Shown here: positions 25,159 through 39,578 of the stretch, in pieces
Numbering within the stretch: the stretch's first letter is position 1
How the letters are laid out: every line of letters starts with the position of its first letter
Assembly: GCA_013239625.1 (NCBI GenBank)
Contig: MU054925.1
Span: 24,870,378 to 24,934,377, forward strand
DNA: 64,000 bases
From: Lama guanicoe
Lineage: Eukaryota
Direction: 5' to 3'
Translations under genes and position numbers: made by a program
Notes under the pieces: model-generated
Database searches by the model: none
The model's input: the letters and a program-made list of their open reading frames with translations, nothing else
What the model was told of the DNA's origin: nothing

Positions 25159-28100
25159 GTGGGTCCGCGACGCCTCCACGATGCTCCAGAGAGACATGGT
25201 TCTGGGGTTGCATGGACCTGGATGATGGGTGCGAGGACCTCCGAGTAGGAGCAGAGCTGGGGCAGTAGGGTTCTTGTCCCCTCTGAGCACCAGGAAGACC
25301 TGGGCACCTTCAAGGATGAACCTGAAAATGAGCTCCAGCCTCAGGCATCTGAAGGCTCCCTTCCAGCAGCCTTTGACCTGATCTGATTGGAGAGCCCCAG
25401 GGACGGCTCAGAATGCCTTTTTTGGTTATCTTGAGGTAGAAAATAAAAGGAATGAAGAGCAGGCAGGCCTGGAGCTCGCAGGATGATGCACTTGAGCAGG
25501 AAATCCAGCCCCCTTGAGTGCTCGTTTACGAGCACACCTGCTCAGAAGACGCCGGTCTCCCCCTTTTATAGGGTAGCTCAGATTTTAGACTCTGGTGTCA
25601 TTTTATAGGCAGTGGAATCATTTGCCACATACGATATGCTGTTGCTCATCAGCGAGTCCCCTTGCGAAGCCCAGCCAGGCAGGTCGAAATTACTCGTCTA
25701 AAACACTTTTATAGGGCTGTCCCCGAGGGCTTCTCCACTCCTGGTTTTCATGAGGGTTTAATGTGATCCTTCAGTACCGACCGTATGCTCGGCACCAACT
25801 GTTGTGACCAACTTAGGAAGGATGGTGCTTTATTCCTGTCTGCTAGTCAGGAGACGGGTTTTTAATTGGAAGCCCTGGATTCCAGCTACAGTGGTGATGA
25901 CTGGGCTCTTGTGGCAGGGCGGGGCCGCGGGAGGGGACGCTGGGTTGGAGGTCAGTTTCTGGGAGCTTTTGTCCTCTGGTTCCCGCACCAGCCTGAGCCG
26001 GAGCAGACCAGCCTCCTTTACTGCCTGTTGCTCCCACTTCATCGCTCCCTCCCTCCCTCCCTCCCTGCACACCTAGATTCGGTCAGGTTCGTGGTGGAGG
26101 GGGTTGTGCAAGCAGGTTGGCCAGCAGGTGCTGCTCTTGCCCCTCCCCCACTCCATCCTCTCTCGTCTCTAAGGGGCACCTCATCGCCCAGCACTTTAAA
26201 CATTAAAAAATGTTTTGCTGAAGCAACCCATTCCTCACTCAGCCCCATGCTTGGTGTCTGGCAGACACTGTCCGCCTCTAGCACACTTGTCTTCCTTGGT
26301 ATGGACCTCAGAAGACATAGCAGACAGGTTTCCCCGCTATCAGTGTCCTCGGAGCCCACTGTGGACTCCCACCTGAGCTCCTCCAGCCCAGCCGTCATGA
26401 GTAACGTTGAACATCTACACAGCACCACGTTTGTGCAGTAAGAAAAAAGGTACCAAAAAAGGTAGACATAGACCCCCATCCATTGTGTACTCTTGTATTT
26501 TCAGCCCTTATGTTGAATAGAAGAGAACTTACTTCCTCTTATTTGTTGATTTTGCTCTTCACTGAGATAGTCCATGATTCCAGCTTGAAGGGATAATCGT
26601 AAATTCATGTCTCCAAGCTTCCATAGTAGTTACTAAAACTGTGATTTCACCCTTACCAGTGTATGAGTCTACTAAGTCCTAAGACTGGTCAAATCTATTC
26701 TTTTTCTCAGATTTGTGTTCTCATGTATATATGAGATATATTTGAGAGAGAGATATATATACATATAAAAAGTAGGTTCTTCGAAGGGCTTACGAATTGA
26801 CAGAAAGCTTTTCACCTTTGGTGCTGAGGTGAGATACCTTGTCATCCCTCTTTCTGAGCCGTTGTCTTCAGTCTGGTGTCGTAAGATCTCAGCCCCAAGA
26901 GGTAGGGGATCTGAGTTCCATTCTGCTTCTGCCCGCCCGCCAGCTCTGTGGCCCCGTGCAGATGACTTAGCCTCTCCTAGGCCCTCACCTGTGAAGTGGG
27001 GAATTACGACAGCCTGATCGATCGATTGGTTGACTGCAGAATGGTCATCTCATCGTTCCAAGGTTGACGTTGCCTTGTGGCTAATACTTTCTCTTATTTG
27101 ACCTGTCTCTGTTTCAAAAACAGTTTTTGTTTCAGAGAAACTTAAACACAGCTATAGTTGTCAACTGAAAGATGTTAATTGGCTTCAAAGCTTTCTGCTG
27201 GTAAGAGAAAAATTGAAAGTACTAACTGAATTAAACATGATTTGCATATTTAGGGTAGGGAGAAATGTACCCATTAGAAGTGTAATTAAAATGAAACACA
27301 TTTTGCCCTCTAAGTAGTCTCTTTCTCTTCTAATACATCTGCAGAAAAGATTTCTCTGGTTTATGCATGAAGCTGTGTTATTTCCTGCAAGTCTCGCAGA
27401 GAATCATCTGTGCTTTGGTGAATCTGTAGCTTGGGCTCAGATACACACTGAGGTCTGTCGGAGATTCACGCTCTTAATATTTGCTTCTGCGAGTGTTAAG
27501 ATATTCAGCTCCTGTGCTCTCCAGAAGACCTCTTCCTTGCTCTACTCACACCTTATACACGTACACACATACACACACAACGTGCACATACACCCTTCTG
27601 TGTGTCCAGATCCTCTCTCCACTGTGCCTCTCTGACATCTTCCCCTGAAGATCCTAGCCCAGCAAAGTGAAAACTCTGGGCTTAGAAAACTGGAAGATGG
27701 TGAAGAGAAACTGAGTTAGAGTTGCATATGCAGACACTGCGTTACTGGCGGTTTACCCTCCTGGTTATCACGCTCAGCAGAATACAGTGGGAAATTCTGT
27801 TGCTGGATGCATGTGGAGCCCAGGTCCTCAAGCAAGCCCCAGGTAGGTCTGTTTTAAAAAAAAAAATTAGGGAAGAGGGTTACCAAGAGACGCGCTGGGT
27901 GCAGATACTTAAATTGCCCTGCCCATCTGCGCTCATGGTACCCTGTCTTCTTGCACCTGCCTAGATACCCAGTTGATTTGAAAGGCTGGATGTTGGTTCA
28001 TACTCAGAATGACACTACAATTTCAGTGCAGCGTTAGCTTTACAAAAAGATTTGTGAACTGCATGCTGTAGTTGAAGACCATTCATTACAGTTATATTAA

Positions 28101-29834
28101 AGCTTCATACAGTGGCTCCAGTCACACTTGATGTAGAGAGCTGCCCCCCTGCCCCCGAAGAGAATCCTGACTTACCGAAGCATCGCTGAGCTTCGCCATT
28201 TCCTGCCTTTTTTCCTTTGAACTTCTTCTTATGAGCTCTTTGTACACACCTTACTGTGAGAGTGATGTACCCATCACTCAGCTGCAGCAGCTCTCAGCCC
28301 TTTGCCCTTTCTGCCGTCTGTCTCCTCTGTCCTCTCTGGAGTTTTCATACTCAGATCAGAAATGCGCTCCAGTCCCAGCAGAAACACCAATCGCTATTGT
28401 TGCCAGAATGGGTGGTTTCTCATCTTAAACTTACTCTATAAGAAAGCCAGTCATTAACTATAGTTTGACTGATTCCTGTTCGGCTCCTCTATTAAATGGT
28501 GACATGAGCCACTTAACTTTGTCCCTGTCACTCCCCCAGAGGGTCTCTGACCCGGGTGATGAGATCTCCACGGCTTCTATCCTCTGCGGGGCCTCGGTTT
28601 CCCTCACTGATAAAGTGATCATGTTTACAGCTCCAAAGCCCTACGGTTTGGAAACATGGCCTGTTGCCAAGTGCAAACATGAAATGAGCAATTATTCAGT
28701 TATCTGGGGCTTTGTTGAATTGTGCCATAACTTGACTTTGGATTGAAGCATCCAAAGGCTTGGCTACCTCTATAGGCATCGTTATAGACTCACTGGGTCT
28801 GTCATTGGCTTGCTGCCCTGAAGTTAAATGATGACTTCACTGGGAAGGGGAAATACACACTGGAGACCCATTTTCACATACTCCACGCTTCCCTTTGGAG
28901 GAGGATAACGCTGAGTGAGACTCTCTTTTGGAAACTTTGCCTCTGGCGTGGAGATGGAAGTTATTCCTGCCGTGTCTGTTTCTGAGCATCATCCTAAGTG
29001 TAAGGCACCACTGAAGAATTCAGAGGAACAGGAAGGACCTGCGCACACAGTGTGGTCCCCGACTTACTGTCCTCATGCTGAGGGTGCAGCCTGCGTGGCC
29101 TCACCAAAAGGGTCGCTGGCCCTTTGCGATGGCTTTGGTGCCACTTCTCCACTGTAGCTGCTGCTGACCATCCAGGCTGCGGCTCTGGCTCCTAGATGCT
29201 CTGCCCCTCAAAAGTCCTGACCAGACTTCAGGAAAACGGCAGGTGACTCCATGTCAGGACAGGGATCGTTGTCTTGCTTGTCAGCACCAGCGAGTTGGTA
29301 TAGAATTTTGCGCAAGGGAGGTATATGGAAGTATAGCATTCCTAGTCTGGGGCCAGCTGCGCCAACTCTGAATGCTGTGTGTCACCCCCTGCCAGTGGCC
29401 CACACTTCTAAAAGGCTCATTGAGTTCTCGGGTCTGCTTGGGCATCTCCTCTGGTCCCAGAACTCTGGGGGGAACTGAGGACACAGCACGTGAACTCTGG
29501 GTAACCCCCAGATTCCAGAGCTGATGGTGTTGACAGGGGCAGGCAGGGTTTTTAGATGCTCCAACTTTTCCCCTTTCCCCTCTTCCTTGTCCCCAAATAC
29601 ATCCTCTGTTCCAGTAAGGACTCCAAACAGAAATAAACCAATCTCATGTCATTAAGAGCCTATGAGTCAGCTTCAAAACAAATGATCGTTTTTCCTCTAG
29701 CAGTAAAAAAAAAAAAAAAAACTGGGAACAAAAGGGGACTTTGAGGGGCAGAGCGGGAGGGAGGGTGGTGTGGAGTTCCCAGCGTCCTGACTTGCGGTCT
29801 GGAACCTCACACGGCTCCGACTTTGTCTCCGCAG

Positions 29835-29957
29835 CCCAGCCCGTCCTGTACTGGTGCGCCCGCAACATGTCTTTCTGGAGCAGCATCTCCTTTAACCTGG
29901 CCGTCCTGATGAACCTGCTGGTGGCCTTCTTCTACCCATTTAAAGGAGTCCGAGGAG
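29835..29957 (+). CDS. ITPR1: ITPR1 exon ([41 protein letters not shown]), first TM helix, phase 1/1
   Basis: ccgcag|CCCAGC acceptor, GAG|gtactg donor; 123 nt; hydrophobic S1. Confidence 0.97.
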
Positions 29958-32479
29958 GTACTGCCCTATCTTTCATTTCAAGGGAACTACCAGAAGCAGT
30001 AGGAAGGCTGTGACTTACAGCCTAAGTGATCTCTGAAAATGTTGGTGCAATTTACCTGTTTTCAGACAAGATGAGCTTTTACCATGGGTTTCCTTTGAAA
30101 TCTAACTTAATTAAATACAGACACACAATTTATATTATCTTACCAGGAAAGAAAGAGAAGAAGCTATAGACAGAGATCATCTTGGTCAGCCTCCGTGTTT
30201 TCTACATTGGGAAAGTGTGTCTCAAAGAGGTTGAGAGACTGAGCCAAAGTCACACAGCCATTAGCAGCCGAGCTAACCCTAGAGCGTGGATACTTTGATG
30301 CTCGGTCCAGTAGATTTTGTTTCCCACGCCATACTTGAGGAATTGATTTCAGACCAAAGAATTTGTAAGAAATCCCTGGAATTTAATTCTTTTTTTTTTT
30401 TTTTTGGCAAGAGGTGCATGGAGGCAGGGTTTGAATGACTGCAGACTGGATGTCCCTGGCTGTTTAGTTTATGAAGAGTTACATGCCATCATTCACATAG
30501 AAAAACATGCTGTCTGTGGTCTTTATGGACTTCCCCCCCGGCCCCCCACCAGCCCAGCACTCCTTCCAGGCATCTGTATGCATGTTCCACATATTTTGCT
30601 GGGAACAGGCAACCCATCCAGGAGAGGCATTTTTCTGTTTGGAGCTCCTCGGTTTGCTTAACAGCTTTCTGGAGGCCTTCACACCTGTGGGGTTCTGGGG
30701 GCCACAACAGAAGCTCTTCTATTAAACGTCCACGGCCCAGTTTTTTGACACCTGCTGCAGCCTCCTGGGAGGTCTGCTTTTCAGCTAAATTTTCACCAGA
30801 GCTTTTTGGCAGATCACCTCCCATGTATCTGCCACAACCTGCCTGGAGCCACCTTGTGTGAAACACACTGAGACACAGAGCCCAGAAGGAAGACACAAGA
30901 ACAGTGCGGGAGGAAGTTCTGGGCTCAGCTCTCGAGTTTAATAATGCAGATGTGTAAGCGTGATCGAAGTAAATGCGAGATCCTGTTTGAGTGTGACGAT
31001 GTGTCCTATGATGTGTCTAACTTCTTCATTTGAGGAGCTATTCTTTTCTGTTTAGCCTTCAGCTGTGTTGAAGGCTCCACTTGAATGGCTCCCCCCTCCC
31101 CAAAGCACTACGTAAACACGAGCCCAAGGAGGTTTTCCTTTGAAATGCAGTGTCAGGAATCATAGGTGTCCCTGTCTACAAAGTTGGGCAGGTCCTCGGA
31201 GCTGCAGGGTGTCCTCGGGGAGGATGTCTGTCTGGGCCGGGCTGCCAGTCAGCAGAGTCGCGTGTGACGCGCTCGGCCAGGAGCTCAGGCAGAGGTTACC
31301 GAGCCCAGGCCTCCTTTCGCCTCTGGGAAGTTGTCACACCCATCATAGCAGATTCTCTTCAGTTGTTACTTTGGATCTGTTTTCATTTACCCTCCACTTC
31401 TTTAAAAGACATTTAAAATGGATTTTTGTTACATACCTTGACCATTTTCTTCACTGGTCACTCGTGGCAGTTTGGAGGCCAGTGTCTGGGGACAGTTTGT
31501 TGACAGCTCCGGTCACCTCCAGTGATGAGCCTCATCCAGTGGAAGAGCTAGACTTACCGAGTCTGGACTTGGTGTCCGGGCCTGGCTCAGCCACTCATCT
31601 GCTGTGTGACTCGGGGCAAGCCACTTCAGTCAGTCCGCCTTATCTTCTCCATTACGAGGTGCTTAAATCGAGCCAGAAGTTCTGATACCTAGGTGTGGAT
31701 TTGGAAATTTCTGAAGAGGTCAGGGGGAGATAGTCACTGACCCAATCAGGATCTCTGGAGCATCCTCTTTCCTACCTGTGCACGTTCCTGCCCATACGTC
31801 CTGTGTGAGGTGATTGTTAAAGGTCCTTCCAACTTGACAGTGATGGCTCTCAAGGTGGCATCGACTCTGGCTGATCCGTGCAAGTCCAGGCTCCCTGTTT
31901 TGGCCTTGTGGGCTTTAGAACTTCATACTGATGGACTGAACAGAAAGCGTAATTACATGTCCTCGGAGAAAAGGAGGATGATCTGACCTAAGGAAGCCCT
32001 TTTCGTTATATGGTGACTGATACCACCTCAGACATATCAGCTCACTCAGAGGGATTTTTTTTTTCTTTTTCTTTTGAAGATGTGTTGGTGGCATCTTCTA
32101 TACTCACTGTTCACCATCTTCAAGAGGAAGGCTGGATTAGTCCTTCCTCGAAATGAGATCTGGTTGGCTCCCTGAAAGTGTTAGTTTGAGATCAATATTT
32201 GTTCTTGTTGGATCCTAAAACCAGGATACCCAGTGTCCCTCTTGCAGGTGTGTAATGACCTTGCAAAGGGTGCTGATGTGGCTCTTTGACTTGGAAGGCT
32301 GGCAGCTGCCAAGGACACTGTGGCCTTAAAAGCTCCTTTTCAGAAGTATGGTTCTCTCCCTTTATCTCAGAACTGACGAGTCACACAGTCTTTGAAAAGT
32401 ATGAAAATTAGGCAGCTTCAGATTTCTTACTGAATTTGTAAGCATGCCATGGTAATTAAGGCAAATGAAGTACTACTTT

Positions 32480-32830
32480 TAAAACTTTCTTACTGTTGAA
32501 ATTTTCAAGTATACACACCAGTAGAAAGAACAGTATAATACACTGCCATACACCCATCAGCCCAGCTTTAGCAGTTATCAGCGTTTTGCCAGTTTTGTTG
32601 CATTTGTATTTCTGTGGTATTTTCTGCAAAAGTTTAAAGAAGTCTAGGCAAGTTGTTTCATCCATAAATATTTCACTGGGCTGTCCCTAACTTCTGAGAA
32701 TATTTTAAAATATGTAAAATCACCATACCATTATCATGTCTAACAAAAACTAACAGGAAGTCCTGTAACAGCCTGTCCATATGCAGGTCTCGCCAGTTGT
32801 GTCTCAAAGAGATCTTTCAATAGTTGTTTC
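32480..32830 (-). mobile_element. Ancient L1 (L1MC/ME-like) 3' UTR fragment
   Basis: ttgaaattttcaagtatacacac...gaacagtataatacac...catacacccatcagcccagc...cataccattatcatgtctaacaaaa. Confidence 0.65.
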
Positions 32831-32984
32831 TTTGGAACCTAGCATGAATTTTTAGCTCTGCTTTTACGATGGGAAGGCAGCAGGTTTTTACATTGTCCCC
32901 TTCAGGACTCGGGCACATGCATTGTGCTGGCCACGATTATTATTCTGAGATCTTAAAAGGCAGTTTAAGATGATGATTAAGCAC

Positions 32985-33940
32985 TTAAGAAAGTGAAAGG
33001 CAAGCCACAGGCTAGAAGAAAATATTTACAAAACGTGTATCAGACAAAAGGCTTAGAATATACAAAGAACTCTTACAACTCAGTAATAAAAAGCTACCCA
33101 ATTAAAACAATGGGCAAAAGATTTGATCAGATACTTTCTACCAAAAAAAGATATATGAATGGCCAGTAAGCACATAAAAAGATACTCAAAGATATTCAAC
33201 ATCAGTAGTTATCAGAGAAGGGCAAATGAAAACCACAGTGGCGCCCCACTAGAAACCTGCTCGAACGGCTGCAATCGCACCAACTGACATTCCTGAATAC
33301 TGGCGATGATGTGGAGCGAATGGAACTCACACGTATTGCTGATGGGAAGGGAGAATGGAACCATCATTTTGGAGAACTGTATGGTTAGGTCTTCTCAAGT
33401 CCGCTCAGTGTCCAAAAGTCTACTTCCATGTATTTGTCCAAGAGAAATGAAAACATACACCCACTCCCAGATGTATGCTTGAACATTCCCAGTAGCATTA
33501 TTCGTAGTAACTCCAAACTGGAAACGACCTAAATAACCATTACTTGTTGGGTGGATAAATAAATGGCAGTATTATCCACATGATCGAATCCTACTCAGCC
33601 AATAGAGAGAATAAAATATTAATAGATACAATACCCTGAATGAGTTAAACCTTTTGCTGAGCGAAAGAATTAAGAAGACTACCTACTTAGAAATAAGATT
33701 AGTTTTCTCCACTTTTTATGAAATTCTGGAAGATGCAAAGCTCCAGGGATAGAAAGCAGATCTGTCGTTGTGATGGGAGTGGAGATGGGGCCAGGCATCC
33801 AGTGCTAAGGGCCCGGGGAGACCTTTTGTGTGATAAAAATGTTTATATCTTGATTGTGTTGGCAGTTACATGTGGTTATGTGACTGTATAAACTGCCAAA
33901 AGTCATCAGACACTTAAAATGAATGGATTTTTTTAATAAA
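32985..33940 (+). mobile_element. Ancient L1M fragment (end of ORF2 plus 3' UTR)
   Basis: gaagaaaatatttacaaaac...tatacaaagaactcttacaactcagtaataaaaag...gatgtggagcgaatggaactc...ccaagagaaatgaaaacatac...ccaaactggaaac; decayed, no intact ORF. Confidence 0.9.
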
Positions 33941-33984
33941 TGATAGTCAAGGACTGTCTGCTTCGGGGGCATATATAAAAGCCG

Positions 33985-34140
33985 TGTGCTGGGTCACCTT
34001 GGCAAGATGCATAACCCAAGAGTCCGTTTCCTCTGGAGTAGAAAGCAGATGATAATAGCAGCCTCCTAGGGTGGCCAGAGGATTAAGTAAGTGATAATCA
34101 ACGTAAAGGCCTTGGCACAGTATCGCACAACTGTTAAATG
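33985..34140 (+). mobile_element. MIR SINE fragment
   Basis: accttggcaag...gtttcctc...gatgataatagcag...aggattaagtaagtgataat...cttggcacagt. Confidence 0.7.
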
Positions 34141-35278
34141 CACGGGAAGGGCCGCCTCTGTCTCTGTAGCTACTTCTTCCTGAATTTCAGAAAAGCCTGT
34201 GCCTCTTTGGGCCCGTTCTTAATCGGGTGTTCCCTCTGAAGGATATCAAGGGGGGGAGGAGGTGAGTGGCTGGGGCTAGGGGGTCAGTTTTCAGAGAGAA
34301 AGTGAGTCTCGGCAGGTGTGGACGAAGTGAACCAGGGCGGCCCGCGGGCTCGTGGAAGAGCTGTAACCGGCAAGGGTGTCTCTTCCCTGGGCGACGCTGC
34401 GATGCCAGCCGTCCTGGAGAAGTGAAACTCCTTTATGTAAGTGGCCTTAATCGTGGACTGGTGCTTGTTTACATCTGAAGGAAACTCAAAATGTGACAGC
34501 ATTTGAAATAGGGGTGTTTTTTTTTTTAATGAGTGTTTTACAGAACCTTATTTTTAGCCATGTTGGCTCGTGTTATATAACCAAGCCGTCTCGTGGGACA
34601 CCCTAAATAGAACTTGCAATAGCGAGAGATGACAAAAACTGGTATAAGCTCTTTGACTACAAGGATAATCTAATTGTAGGATGATGCTAATGATACGGAA
34701 GTCGCCTTCCTTCTTCCCTTGAAGAAATCTGATTCAGGCAGGGGACCTGCAATTTTCCTCTGCATCCTTTTAATAGAAAGGAGAAGTTTGGTCTTCCAGT
34801 ATGCCTTCCTTGAGAGTGAAGTGTGACCCATGTACGAGTTTTGTTTATTGAACAAACTCATTTGATGGCTGCCTCCTGGGGGCAGGCGCTTCCCTCGGGG
34901 AGCTTGGAGCCTAGTGGGAGTGGGGCTTGGGGAGGGAGGCACTGACCACCAGAAAACAGTGTCTGATAAGGATGACCGGGGTACCAAGAATCAGAGAAGG
35001 AAGGAGCATCAGGCGTGTTTTGGGAGGAGGAAGAGATGACTCTAAGGTAAGACCTGAGATGAACAGGAAAGGGAGAATTTGCTGGGTAGGAGGAGCAAGT
35101 GTTGGAGGTAAGAAAACATGGATGTGACTGGTTACGTCTGGGGCAGAGAACCGGAGGTGAGGGTTGGGACCACTCAGGCCAGAGAGGTGGTTAAAGAAGG
35201 TACCCCTTAACGCGGGTTGGTCTGAACCTGTCCTCGGTCGAAGCCCTGTTCTGTGAGAGCCCCGCCTTGTCTTTCCAG

Positions 35279-35454
35279 GAACGCTGGAGCCGCACTGGTC
35301 GGGACTGCTGTGGACAGCCATGCTGATATCTCTGGCCATCGTCATTGCCCTCCCCAAGCCCCACGGCATCCGGGCCCTAATCGCTTCCACAATTCTCCGC
35401 TTGATATTTTCCGTCGGGTTACAGCCCACGTTGTTTCTTCTGGGAGCTTTCAAC
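35279..35454 (+). CDS. ITPR1: ITPR1 exon ([30 protein letters not shown]...LFLLGAFN), TM region, phase 1/0
   Basis: tttccag|GAACGC acceptor, AAC|gtaagt donor; 176 nt. Confidence 0.97.
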
Positions 35455-36504
35455 GTAAGTGTGCATGCCTCCCCAGCCACTCTTCTGTGGACACGCAAAG
35501 AGGAATGCCTCCCATTCTCCCAACAATCTTGGCCTGTGCTTTCAGTGCAGGAAAATGCCGTCTGGGTCAACTGTTAAAGGAGCAGGAGCAGGAAAGCCGC
35601 AGCTGGCCGTCTCCCTCTTCACCTCCTCACCGTGCCGTGCCCCTCTGAACGCTTTATCCAGGCATCAACAGTCTCATTTTCAGGCAATATTCGGAATTAG
35701 GCAGGGCCAGGAAGGAAGTTAAGACTTGGGTCGGTTTTGCTCATCAGGTTCAAAGTGTGCTCGGACAGGATGTTTTAGCCAGCAAGTGGAATGAGCGCGT
35801 GTTACCACGGCACCCACTTGTGGTGAGGACCACAGAGAAGAGTGGGGAGAGGGAAGAGGAGCTGGTCACAGAGGGGGAGCAGGTGGAGAGGTGGGAGGAG
35901 AAGCGGGGAGAGCGGCCTGCACGAGTCGGCAGTGACGTGTGAACACGCGACTGCACTGCCGTCCAAGGGTGGGTGCCAGCTGCGTCTGCAGACTCCACAG
36001 AAGTGGAGGCAGCTGATAGATGACCGTTGAGTTGGAGAGGTTTCCTGGTGAAAGGAGGGAACAACTGTGGACACAGGAGGCGCTGTGGGGGTCTAAAACT
36101 GCCTTCCAGAAATTCTGCCCTGAGCATATCAGGAAGCTAAGATCACTGTACAAAAATGGAAGTGATGTTGCAAAGCAAGGTGACCATAGTGATTTCGTGC
36201 AATAATAAATGTCCCCAGATGGGTATTCAGATGGCAAGGGCATTAGGGGAGAGGAGACCACTTCAAGATGACAAGCTTAAGGGGAGGAGGCAGGGTTTAG
36301 GTTCTGTCTTAAAGAATGGAAAAAATCGAGCCAGGAAGCCCCCATGGGCCAGAGCAATGAGCCATGCCAGGACATGCGCAAGGGACAGTCACCAGCTGCG
36401 TTTCACCTCCTGTGTGGTTCGTGTAGTGACTTGTAGGGCCGGGTCCACGACAAGTCCTGGGGCCCCTGAATTTTAGGATTCCACACTGGGTTTCAGCCTC
36501 CAGG

Positions 36505-36775
36505 TCAGCTTCTCCAAAGCATTCCAAGTTGATAAATCTTAAGTGAAAAGGGAGTTCCTGGGTCAAATCAATGTGGGAAATGCTGGGTTAAACAAAACGA
36601 AAGGAATTTTTTTAACCCCAGGATTCCTGAGACATTAACATGCTGATACAGGTTATGAATCTCCAAGAAAGGAAAACTAGGCATTCATATTTCCCAAACT
36701 TAAGTTGCCTAGAGCTTTTGTAAAGTATCACTTGGAATCAGTGTTGCATAGAACACAGGCTGAGAAACTCTATTC
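36505..36775. mobile_element. hAT-Charlie family non-autonomous DNA transposon remnant
   Basis: ggtcaaatcaatgtgggaaatgctgggttaaacaaa ... atttcccaaacttaagttg internal inverted segments typical of small Charlie elements. Confidence 0.65.
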
Positions 36776-38454
36776 CCAGTAATGGGAAATGACTCAAGAT
36801 TTTTGAGCAAAGAAATGGTGTATACGAAGAAATATTCTTGAGAAAATTCACTTGGTAATGGCGTGTTACACAGATTCAGGTGGGAGGGATGGGGGCCCAG
36901 GGGACCAGTTAGGGCCCCTAGCAGACCTTTTGATGACATGTGACAAGCCTGCTTCTTGGTCATAGTGTAGAAGGATGGTACAGATACCAGAGCTTCAAAA
37001 GTAGTGGCAGGTGACAGGTGTAGGGGCCGAGCCTTACACCTGAAAGCAATGGAGGACTTGGTCTGAGTCCCTTTCTCCAGGCAAGGAAGGTACTACTGTC
37101 TGGATTGGGTGGTAAAGGAGGCATGTGTGCCTCTGGAGAACAGTGCAGGAGACTGGGCGGAGAGGGGTGCAGCCAGCCACAACACAGTCATGCAAGACCT
37201 GGTTTTCAGGGTGAAAATACACCTCAGCTGTTGACTTACTGGGCTGGCGGTGACAAGTCGAGCTATTAATGTTCGGCCATGTGCTTAGAAACGCATGACC
37301 CAAGTGGCCGAGACACGTCCGCTTTGAAGGAGGGAATGCAGGCACCACCTGCAGTGAGAGGAAACTGTTTAAGAAAGAAACACAGAAGGAACAAAGAAAC
37401 AAAAGGGAACAAAAAAATGCCCAACATTTCAGAGACTATCTCCTAGGGCTGTCACATTCTTCTGTTTTCTCTGGCCTTTGGTCATTCCACGGTTCTCAAT
37501 TCTTTAACATAAATTGGTTAGGGAAAGACTCCATTTGGATAATTAATTACCATTTATAATAACATGAGGGGGATAAAAGCTGAAACAATAAATAATAAGT
37601 TATCATTTGGAGGGAATAAAAAAATGTTCCGCACCCACATGAAGCATGTGGGAGAAAGAGCAGCTCTGGACACACAGAAGAGGAGCCTTGGAAGAGCTGG
37701 TGAGGCCGCACACGGAGGGGTCCCAGAAACCAAGCTCGGTGAGGGGGCTACAAAGGATGCTCAGGGCTGGGGTTCGGTGCTCAGGGCAGAGGAGAGCCGG
37801 GACCGAAAGCCAGATCTGAGGCCAGCCAAGCCGGGTCCACGGGAAGTGGGCACAGCAGACTAAGACCGTGCGATGCAGTGGAGAGATGTCGGGCAGACGT
37901 TAAAGGGGAGAGCGCAGTCACATGAAGCAGACTGCTATGTTGTGAAGACCGCAGCTGCCTGGGCGCATTGGAGATCCTAGAATGTCACCGAAAGCTTGGC
38001 CTTTTCTTTCTTTCTTTTTTTTTTTTTCCCTCGCTCTGAAACCCCAGCAGCACAGTTCATTGAGAGTCGCTGATGCTTTCTCACCCTCTGAAAGAGCCAA
38101 CGCTGGCAAAGGTTAGAATATCAGGGGGAAAAAAAAGAACGGGTGGATTGAAAGTTGAGCCCGTCTGATACGGCGAACCTTCCCCGTGGGTGTTGGCTCC
38201 CTCACTTATCTGACTGCCCAGAAGCTCGCTTACCCTGACCCACCAGATTAGCTGGCAGGTTTCCCTGGCACCTGTGGCCTGGTTTGCCAGGGTAGCGGGA
38301 GCTGGGGTTACCAAGTGCAGCTGAAGAGTCTCATCTCCAGCTCTCTCCTGATTCAGGGTTGTTTTTTTTTTTCTTTCCTATCAGCACATTGCTAGAAACA
38401 GACTTCTCAGCGTGGGGTTTCTATCAAAGGTGCGACTATGTTATACAGTAGATC

Positions 38455-38910
38455 AGCCTTCAGTTGCAGAGGGTTATAAAACCTAACCCAGTTTAAACAA
38501 GATGTGTTGGTTCACATGACTGAGAATGAAGGGCCCAGCTTCAGGTATAGCTGAATCCAGGGGTCCAGAGAGTGGCATCAGGGCTCCGTGTCTCTTTTGG
38601 CTCTGCACCAGTGGTACCCTAGGGCTCCATGTGACCACAGGATGGATGCTGGCAGCTTCACAGCTCACTTTCTCTCAGGTTCAAGGTCAGGGGAGAAAAT
38701 AAAATTGTCTTATGCTGCAGCCCCAGGAAAGATCTCAATGGGTGTCATTGGCGCCATTTGGTCACGTGCCTATCCCTGAACCAAACATTGTTGCCAGGGA
38801 AATACAACATTCTGATTGGCCAGGGTGGAGCCCCCAAGGACCGACACGTGGGCAGGGATGGATCCCCCAAGGAAAGTTAGAAGTCATTCCCAGAAGGAAG
38901 GGGCAGGGGA
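38455..38910. mobile_element. MaLR solo LTR (MLT1-like)
   Basis: gcttcaggtatagctgaatccaggg and ggtcacgtgcctatccctgaaccaa...gccaggg...ctgattggccagg match recalled MLT1 motifs. Confidence 0.75.
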
Positions 38911-39413
38911 GCAGATCTCATCCTGAGGTCCCTTATTCCCCACCCCTAAGAAACTTATCATTTTCCCTGGGAAATTTGGAGCAAGGGAAGGCAAGAAATT
39001 CAGAAAATACTCTTAATCGTGCTGAGCACAGGGTTCAAGGATTGAGGTGACTTCTGTATTTGACTAACTCATGTAAGAATGTTAGAAATGATTCATCTCT
39101 CATCTTGAAAATAATCATTTCAGTATGTGTTTATTTTGTTTTAGTCATCTACAAACGCCACTTGATTACTGTTGCACACGAAGTTCTCTGGCTGTCACAT
39201 TAACTGGTAACGTGCCTGAAAAGCAGAGGAATGAAATGACTTAGGTCCGCAAAACAATTCTTGGCACGTTCAGTGGGCATTTGGTGCAACAGGAGGCTTT
39301 CACTGGGGCTCGGGCATGGAGAGACGTCTGAGTGTCCATCGCCCTGAGCTCCCACAGAGAGTCTGAAGTTTGGCAGTGTCCGTGCTTGTCTGACTGGCTG
39401 TCCTTGTTCTCAG

Positions 39414-39578
39414 GTCTGCAACAAGATCATCTTTCTGATGAGCTTTGTGGGCAACTGTGGAACATTCACCAGAGGCTACCGAGCCATGGTCCTGGACGTG
39501 GAGTTCCTGTACCACTTGCTCTATCTGCTGATCTGTGCCTTGGGGCTCTTCGTCCACGAGTTCTTCTACAGTTTGCTG
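39414..39578 (+). CDS. ITPR1: ITPR1 exon ([55 protein letters not shown]), TM region, phase 0/0
   Basis: ttctcag|GTCTGC acceptor, CTG|gtgagt donor; 165 nt. Confidence 0.97.

Noticed and set aside
34911-35570. Long antisense ORFs over exons (219 aa here; also 18136-18741 and 20661-21248)
   Set aside because: Shadow ORFs: GC3-rich ITPR1 codons suppress stop codons on the opposite strand; no independent gene signals.
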